Source: Flectonema sp. DT1601
Taxonomy: Eukaryota
Reading direction: 5' to 3'
Assembly (NCBI GenBank): GCA_964019425.1
Contig: OZ025786.1
Span: 1 to 64,000, forward strand
Length of the DNA stretch: 64,000 nucleotides
This document shows positions 56,879 to 64,000 of the stretch, in pieces. The position numbers and the translations under genes were made by a program. The notes under the pieces were generated by a model that was not told the DNA's origin, searched no databases, and saw nothing but the letters and a program-made list of their open reading frames with translations. Each line of letters starts with the position of its first letter. Position 1 is the first letter of the stretch.

Positions 56879-58681
56879 TCACTTCAACAATAATGTGATT
56901 CCGCGAGGCATTGCGGGGATGGTCACAAAAACTGAACCATCACTTGAAAAGTATGATGGCTGAACACTACCCGCATTTGAGTGAACATCCCACAAAGAAG
57001 ACAACTGAAGAAATTCAAGACTGCGTGAGGAACCGAACTGAGACACTACATACGGAGGAGGTTGAGATACTTTTCTAATAGCCAGAAACAAGGCAGGATG
57101 AGGTGATATTTTTATTGCAATCTGAGTACCATCGTCCGTGTAATTTAATTGCAGACTCTCCTGAACAGACCCTCCAATAACAGTAGTTGAACTGACTGGA
57201 GTAGGAGAGTCCCAAACAATTGTAAGAACTCGAACATCAGTTGGTGAAGTCATTCCATACTGATTCCACAGACCTGGAGATCCACCACCTGGAAGTGTTA
57301 ATAAAGGAATCCCTGTTCCTAATCTCTTTAGAATTAAAGGTTTTCCTTCAGTAGTTAATTGTTTTATTTCATCATTCAACGTTGAGTCTTTCATCCAATC
57401 ATTTGAGTTGGTACCCGACGATAACGTCACTCCAGAGTTTGAAGTGAAGAAAGTCCATTCACCCACCCCAACAGGTATCCTGCAGTTAATTAGAAACTTT
57501 TTATCCCTCGAAATTAGTTTTGGAGGACACACAATAAGATCATCTCCCAGAAAGTAAGAATCTTCAGCAGTTGAATCCAATTCAGATTTCAACGGACTCA
57601 GAGGCCTCACAATTAAATTATCAGAAGACGATGCGCTGTGAAAATACAGCGACAGCTCAGAATGTAATTCCGAAGAAAGAATCACATCTGAGTCGAGTAC
57701 TGGTTTACTACGAAGTGTTGTACCTTCAGCAATAAATATCTGTGAGGGTAGTAGTGATGTTATGTAAGGATGTGTTAACTCTGGTGAGTGTTCTAGTGAC
57801 CAAGGGTAACCAATAGTGTCATATCCTCTAAAAGTTGATAAGAAAACAGAACTTAAAACAGAATTTTGATCAACAGCTGTACTTCTGTCTTCACTCATTG
57901 GATACGATAAGACTGCCAACACTCCAGGTTCTGCTGGAAGAGGAGAGATGTCTGTGTGAGTTCCAAAGGTCGTCACTCCGGCACCGATGGTTCCAAAATT
58001 ATAACTTCCCAAACCAGAGAGTTCCCTTCCAATATCTAAAACAGTTTGATAGTAATTGGTGCTGTACAACTCATGCGTTGTGTACCCACGAGATGACTTC
58101 TCCATCTGTTTACCCAACAGAATGTGATCAGCGGGTATACAAAGCAACCCACTCGAATCGAAAGCAGTTATCGCAGAACGGATTTTCTTACGAGCGTACT
58201 GCAGTCCTGGCTGAGATGTAAAATCAATTAAGAACCCAACGTCTCCTCTAATTGAGAACTTTCTACCTGCTGATATCAATGCTTCTGGCGGGAGGAGTGC
58301 CTCGTCGAGCTCTTCCTGTGATAGCAGCGGTGAGAATGTCAACACTACGTTGAAAGGAAAACTTTCAGAGTTTTTGAGCAACGATTCACAAGAAGGAAAA
58401 AACACCACACTAGTGACCCAAAGAGATTTCGTGATGTGAAGCAACTCTTCAATTGTTTCTTTCCCATTACAATCTTTAACCAGGAGAGTTGTTTCAGTCA
58501 TCCAACTGGTTGCTATTGTTGCTCGTCTTTCACTTTGAATTTTCGCTACTTCCCCTCTCGAGTCGCTACGTAGTAACCAAACATATTGAACGACAGATAG
58601 TAACCAGACAACACCAAAACATATTATTGGAAACTTTTTTATTAATTTCGAAGTCATTGAAGGGGGTCTCCTCACTCGCAT
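56879..58681 (-). CDS. Type II membrane protein, divergent glycoside hydrolase 31-like
   Basis: 600-aa ORF with an N-terminal TM helix. LSGLG..FG.IG, YFLGDDLIVCP and P.G..W resemble the GH31 C-terminal half. Confidence 0.6.
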   Translation of the reverse strand: MRVRRPPSMTSKLIKKFPIICFGVVWLLSVVQYVWLLRSDSRGEVAKIQSERRATIATSWMTETTLLVKDCNGKETIEELLHITKSLWVTSVVFFPSCESLLKNSESFPFNVVLTFSPLLSQEELDEALLPPEALISAGRKFSIRGDVGFLIDFTSQPGLQYARKKIRSAITAFDSSGLLCIPADHILLGKQMEKSSRGYTTHELYSTNYYQTVLDIGRELSGLGSYNFGTIGAGVTTFGTHTDISPLPAEPGVLAVLSYPMSEDRSTAVDQNSVLSSVFLSTFRGYDTIGYPWSLEHSPELTHPYITSLLPSQIFIAEGTTLRSKPVLDSDVILSSELHSELSLYFHSASSSDNLIVRPLSPLKSELDSTAEDSYFLGDDLIVCPPKLISRDKKFLINCRIPVGVGEWTFFTSNSGVTLSSGTNSNDWMKDSTLNDEIKQLTTEGKPLILKRLGTGIPLLTLPGGGSPGLWNQYGMTSPTDVRVLTIVWDSPTPVSSTTVIGGSVQESLQLNYTDDGTQIAIKISPHPALFLAIRKVSQPPPYVVSQFGSSRSLEFLQLSSLWDVHSNAGSVQPSYFSSDGSVFVTIPAMPRGITLLLK

Positions 58682-58920
58682 ATTATGTCCCCCTTTCTGT
58701 GATAATAATATTTGACTTCAGGGAATGGGTACTAACATTTTAAATAACATCAAAGACTGGAAAGTCATTTCAAATTCCATCAAAATAAACATAGCGAAGC
58801 GATACAATAATAAGTGTAAATAATAATTCATTCGATCTGTTGATCAGAAGTCACCCTCTTTAGTGACTCAGCAGGCTGTTCATTCGCCGTCATTGGAAGA
58901 AACTGCCGCGAATAAAGTAT

Positions 58921-61293
58921 TCAGTCCCAGTTCTCGTCTTCCTGTTGGCTGTTTTCTTCATTCGCTTTCATGTTCATAACGCGATCAAATAGTTCTGAGA
59001 AATCAACTCCAAAATCTGCTTTTGTTATTTTCGTTAAATAAGTTGCGCTGTTGACATGTTTCCACATCGAGTTGAGATGTTGCTGAACTGAAGGAGGTGG
59101 TCGGTAGACTGTTGAGACTACTTTTTGTAAAGTTTGAATTAAAGTGTTCACCGCTTTGTGTTCTTGAATTAGTAACCTGGAGTGATTTGATAAAAATACT
59201 TTTGGTAATTTATCCAACTCTTGCTGAAGGGTAATCAATGAAAGAACTTTAGTTGCGATCGCTTCATGAGACTCGTCAGTCTGAACTCTTTTAATCCAAT
59301 CTGCGAAGTCAGAGTCAGTCTCATCAGTGAATCCTGTGACAGCAGTCTTACCATCTCCTAAAGAACCTTTTACTGTTAGTGAGATGGTGTTTTGATCTTT
59401 ATTTATATCCGTCACTCGAAATACTGTGAAAGGTGGTAATAACATCTCCTGTTCCTCAGCGTACAGTGAGACGTGCCACATCTCAGCACCTTCTTGACAT
59501 TTATCAATAACAAACACTAATGAAGTTCCTTCTTTTGTAAATTCCGATTGAACCAAATCACCCGAAAGAGAAGCACTGGTAGCAGCAGGCCAGTAGACCC
59601 ATTCTCCTATTTCCTTCTCCATGAATTGTGAGTAGATATCTTCTGGTAAGTTCATCAGCCCTCTGTAAAGTTTCTTACCCCTCCAAACTGTTTTTGAATT
59701 GACTTTCGTAGTTGACAACACCGCAATAAATCCAATCCATCTTCTGAGCATCTGTTGCGCTAATTCGTTTGATGCTTTCGGACCTTCTCTGAGCGCCCAA
59801 TTAATATCTTTATAGATGGCTGGTGCTGTTCCAGGAGGAAGTTTTAAAAGTGTGTCGATATGCTGACCTTCACATGTATAAAGACACATTATAAGTAAGG
59901 CTGAGGGTGAGTTATTTGGAAACTTTTTGTGATGTCTTCGATACATTGTTGAAGCAAGCTGAACGATAGATCCGAGATTCGCACCAAGATTATCAGCGAC
60001 TTCAGTTAGAACATTTAATGTGGACGGGTACTTATCACAATAATATGATATCAGTCTGACTGCTAAAGCTTCGACTTCTCTCGGTCCTTGAAATGTGTGA
60101 ATTGTGTCTTGCCATTTATCAGATGAAAAATTACCTTCGTCAATCGTATCTAAAAATTGAATTATTTCATCACTGCGACCTTGATCAGCAGCCTCTCCAA
60201 TGTCAGAGACTAATTTACTTAAAGAACAGTTGAAACCAACTCCTTTGAATAAAGCTTCAGCTTCTTTTGAAATACTTCCGCCATCTCGAAGGGCAGATTG
60301 CATTGATTTTTGTATTACACCCAACGACTGTTCCATAATGTTCGTTTTTATCATTTCTGTTTTGTTATTAAAGTCGTTGATGAATCCTCTTCTATTCTCA
60401 AAGCTGTATCTGATAAATATTTTTACTAACGTACTAATGTATTGATATTTTATATACCGAGACCTGCTCTCTTCTTGTCTGTAAAACGCGATTTGTACCA
60501 ACAAAGAGTGAAAAGTTGATTCTATCAAGACTCTGTATGTGTACTCAGAGACACTCATGGTATCTATTTGGGATTGTAATTCTTTTACGTATTTTAATTT
60601 ATCTTTTCGCATCTTTCTTTCATGTCTTCGTGACACTCGAATATTTTCCCGTTCCTGTTCTTGCTGTTGAAGGAATTGCTCATCACAGAATCGAGGTCGA
60701 TATGTTTTTTTCATATTCCTCGCTAAGTCAGAATGCTTCAGATATAATGTTATCTCTACTAAGTCGAGAGAGTCACTCAGATCTCGATCATGTTTACGAA
60801 ACACTCCATCAACTTCTTCAGAGAGGAATTTATAATCTGGTAAAGGAGTATCAGTTGCTGTGTACAGGAGACCCATAAAACTAACCAACTCATCTCTCTC
60901 TAATGTCCAGCTGTGATTGTAATCACTCTTCTGAAATGACTCAGTCAATTTAAGTATCAGAGCTGGAGTGAAGTCGTAGCGTAACAGTTCTGTCATTATT
61001 TCTAAAGTAACTCCAATCTTACCTCCTCCAGTGATGAACATCTGGACTCCAGGTTTGCATTGAGGTAGGGGTGTTGGTAATATAAAACTAACTTGCTCTG
61101 ATCTCACTCCACTCGGTGATCGATGTCCTATTGAAACTTGTGATCCACTCAACTGCATCTGTGATGCGATTATTTTCGATCGCATTCGTTTCTTCTTCCT
61201 CTTCTTACTGTGAGATGGTGATCGTAGTAGTCTGCGACATTTCAAAGCATGTTTGTGTCGAAGTTCCAACAACGGTAATAAAGGATTTACCAT
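58921..61293 (-). CDS. EF-hand plus R-S-E-type ADP-ribosyltransferase domain protein
   Basis: EF loops DYNHSWTLERDE and DRDLSDSLDLVE; ART motifs LYRG, TSAS, EEQEMLLPPFTVFRV. Confidence 0.85.
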   Translation of the reverse strand: MVNPLLPLLELRHKHALKCRRLLRSPSHSKKRKKKRMRSKIIASQMQLSGSQVSIGHRSPSGVRSEQVSFILPTPLPQCKPGVQMFITGGGKIGVTLEIMTELLRYDFTPALILKLTESFQKSDYNHSWTLERDELVSFMGLLYTATDTPLPDYKFLSEEVDGVFRKHDRDLSDSLDLVEITLYLKHSDLARNMKKTYRPRFCDEQFLQQQEQERENIRVSRRHERKMRKDKLKYVKELQSQIDTMSVSEYTYRVLIESTFHSLLVQIAFYRQEESRSRYIKYQYISTLVKIFIRYSFENRRGFINDFNNKTEMIKTNIMEQSLGVIQKSMQSALRDGGSISKEAEALFKGVGFNCSLSKLVSDIGEAADQGRSDEIIQFLDTIDEGNFSSDKWQDTIHTFQGPREVEALAVRLISYYCDKYPSTLNVLTEVADNLGANLGSIVQLASTMYRRHHKKFPNNSPSALLIMCLYTCEGQHIDTLLKLPPGTAPAIYKDINWALREGPKASNELAQQMLRRWIGFIAVLSTTKVNSKTVWRGKKLYRGLMNLPEDIYSQFMEKEIGEWVYWPAATSASLSGDLVQSEFTKEGTSLVFVIDKCQEGAEMWHVSLYAEEQEMLLPPFTVFRVTDINKDQNTISLTVKGSLGDGKTAVTGFTDETDSDFADWIKRVQTDESHEAIATKVLSLITLQQELDKLPKVFLSNHSRLLIQEHKAVNTLIQTLQKVVSTVYRPPPSVQQHLNSMWKHVNSATYLTKITKADFGVDFSELFDRVMNMKANEENSQQEDENWD

Positions 61294-61659
61294 TCTGTTA
61301 ACTGAGTGAAGGGATGTTTATATCATCTTAGAAACTAACTACTAATAGCAGAACCCACAAATAGCTTCGATCATATTATTAAATTATTTCTGTATCAAAC
61401 CAATACATAAAGACACCACAACCAACTACCTATTAGTGTTCAGTTATTTTGTTGTGTACGAAAGACCAGCTTTCTTTTTTTTTTTTTTCTTTTTTTTCGG
61501 ACGAGACTCAGTTCCTACTTCGCCACGGAACCGGAAAAGTTACCTCTTCCTCCGTTAAATCCTCCCGTTCCGCTGGTGCCGAATTCCTGTTTTTTGTTTT
61601 TTTTTTAAATTTAAAGTAAGGAGACTAACGATAACAACATTAGTTGACATCTTTGAGTA

Positions 61660-62349
61660 GGTGAGTTCGATAGAAAATAACAAACCTGCTCCTGCGTAGT
61701 TCCGAATAACGCATTCTTGTAGATAGCAGTGAAACCGTTGCCTTGCGCTGGGTTTAGTTTAGCCTGTTTTTTGTTTAATTGAGCGACAGCATTCACACTA
61801 CAATGACGTTGGTCAGCTGCAGTGATCACATTTAGTTCAGGTTGTGGTCCACCTTTCTGTTGAGTTGAAGAAAATGAAGAGAATCAAGAGATTACAGCAA
61901 TGCTATATAACAGGATGTCCTATTCTGCGGTCCAACCAGATACGAAAACCAGTTCGACAACAAGGAAACGACATCTCACGAGGGGAGCTGATAATCAGAT
62001 TTGGCTAGTTGTCTATTCACTCAGATCGTATCAATTCGCTGATTGAATTCCACTCGTTGGTTGGGGGAAGAGAGAGAGGAGGAGGAGAGGAGAGGGCAGA
62101 ATTTAATTAGCAAAAAGACGATCTTCAGAAATCGATTACCTTAACGACAGTTTATTATACATCATACTAATTGAAAGACAAGAAGAACTCAATACATTCC
62201 ACAGAGAAATCAAGACAGGATTTGATTTTAAGAAAGTGTGAATCAGAACAACAACAACACACACCTGGTGCAAAGAAACAGTTGCCGGCTGCATCTGCGC
62301 TGGTTCGATATTCCCTGAGACAGACGTAACATGTGCGCAGCCTCCCCAC
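61660..62349 (-). CDS. Possible small spliced gene with a CxxC...C zinc-binding start
   Basis: MGRLRTCYVCLREY...GNCFFAPG ends at a CAG|GT donor. A second open segment (~61860-61667) ends at CAG|GT. Confidence 0.3.
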
Positions 62350-64000
62350 ATGTGGTGCAGAGTCAACTTCTGTGGCATAGTTTTTGTTTTGTGTAGATGT
62401 GTGTAAGGCTGTCAGATGAATAATAAAAAGACACTCGCGACTCTTTCAAATCAAAAACAGAAAACATTTCCACTGCTGCCGCTGTTCCTGACGCCTCTGT
62501 ATTCGTAATGATGAGCACTGTGACTGTAAGATGAAAAGATTAATAAATCGATTACCTACTCAGATTGTTGTAAAATATATTATTTTTTGTTAATCGGAAT
62601 TATAAACTTCATCAAACAAATAAAAACATGAAAAAGAAAAGAGAGAAGGGAATGAGAAAAGTACAAGTCGAGAATACGTACATTCCAAAAGATACAAAAT
62701 AATTAAAAGAATTAACTAAGCACACAGCTAGGTACCGTTAGCTTATTCAGGCCAGTGGATTCACTCGCAACGCCCAAACTCACTCGCCCCAACACGGACT
62801 ACGAAGTCTAGAAACGTGTGTAAGGTTTATTGAGCTCATATCGGTAATAAATTCATGGCGATGAGGTAGAATAAATGGCGGAATATTTGTTCTCGATACG
62901 GTACATAAGAAAACTTTATTAACTGACACTCGACTTTCTTTTTTTTTTTTTTTTTTTTTTCACCTGGGAGTGACTTGCCGAACTAACGACAAGCGTGGTA
63001 ACCAATGATATACATTGATTTCCTCAGTGTCCCTCACGCTCTCTCACCCTGCCAGAAATAGCAGAAGCAGAAAAATAGACGCAAAGTACTCAGATTGTTT
63101 TCACTTTCTTCTTTTCCGGGAGAAAGTAGAAGGCAAGGAATTTAATTTTCTACAAAACTGTTTTTTTTTTTTCCTGCAGTGAAACAGATAGAAACAAATT
63201 TAATGAACATTTTTTTTTTCTTTTTTAATTATTTTGAACAGAACTTGTCAAAAAAGAAGAGTCTTCTGACAAGGAAACCTTGGCTCGAATAAAAAGGCTA
63301 GCAAGAAAAAATTAAAAATTATTAAAAAAAACAGGTGGCGCTGTTACTATTGTGGAATAGTACAACATATGCTACTCATCACCACGTCAAACTTTCCTTC
63401 AACACGAAGAGAACAAATTCACCGAAAGCGGGGGGTCTCGATTCACTTGATATCGTGATAGTGAGTACCTCAAGGGGATTACCCGCTCACGGGAAGACTT
63501 TCTGGGAAAGTGGTAGTCAGGGAACGGGAACTTTCTCTGCCTCGCAAAGCACACTTTTTTTTTTTTTTTTTTTTTTTTGTTCTTTTTTCGTGCGCAAAGC
63601 GAGGGATTAAAAAAAATCGTTTTTTTTTTTTTTCGTATAAACAGAAGGAATAGTGAAAACTGAAGAAGAGAAAAAAGAAGGAATCCGAAATAAGTGTAGC
63701 ACAACGTCACCATCTCTACCGCAAGTGATGAAGTCAATTTCAGAAAGAAAGAACAGTGAATGGTGTAAAGGAAAGACAGTCTCAGATTTGTATACGAGAT
63801 TTACAGTTGACAACTGCAAACAGAGAAGTTGGAAGAAAAGAATAAGAAGTTCAGAACAAGGTTACTGGGAACCCTAGAAAAGACGATAAAAAGGTGTAAA
63901 GAAAAGAATAAACCCAACAATGGTCTATGTTAGTGTGGAATCACACCAAAAGAAGATTACTTCATATTATTAAACAGGAGAATAGTACAAATTGGTTGAG

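Overview
Eukaryotic DNA, most likely a diplonemid (Euglenozoa): a near-complete diplonemid-type spliced-leader (SL) exon lies on the minus strand at 40220-40257. There are three zones. (1) 1-14586 is an almost perfect (GGGTTTGC)n array, oriented opposite to a canonical left telomere. (2) About 14.6-52 kb is a dense transposon field. It holds three Ingi/I-group non-LTR retrotransposons (one apparently intact) plus an ORF1 relic, DIRS/TATE-like tyrosine-recombinase retroelement fragments, degenerate tRNA-like elements, a MITE, a TTAA-flanked piggyBac, a Polinton-like fragment and decayed Crinkler/RHS-like nuclease genes. (3) About 55-62 kb has minus-strand host genes: a CCCH zinc finger, a GH31-like membrane protein and an EF-hand/ADP-ribosyltransferase. 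Top candidate for a new system: two divergent LINEs join ORF1 to ORF2 in frame through one stop codon in a known readthrough context (UGA-CUAG; CAA-UAG-CAA-CGA). A 2A/StopGo-like motif follows 33-36 codons later, directly before the endonuclease. A third relative uses an AUGA stop/start overlap instead. All three start with retrocopied SL sequence, and the two with a complete RT carry a PDZ-like insertion. All calls are by eye; no searches were run.
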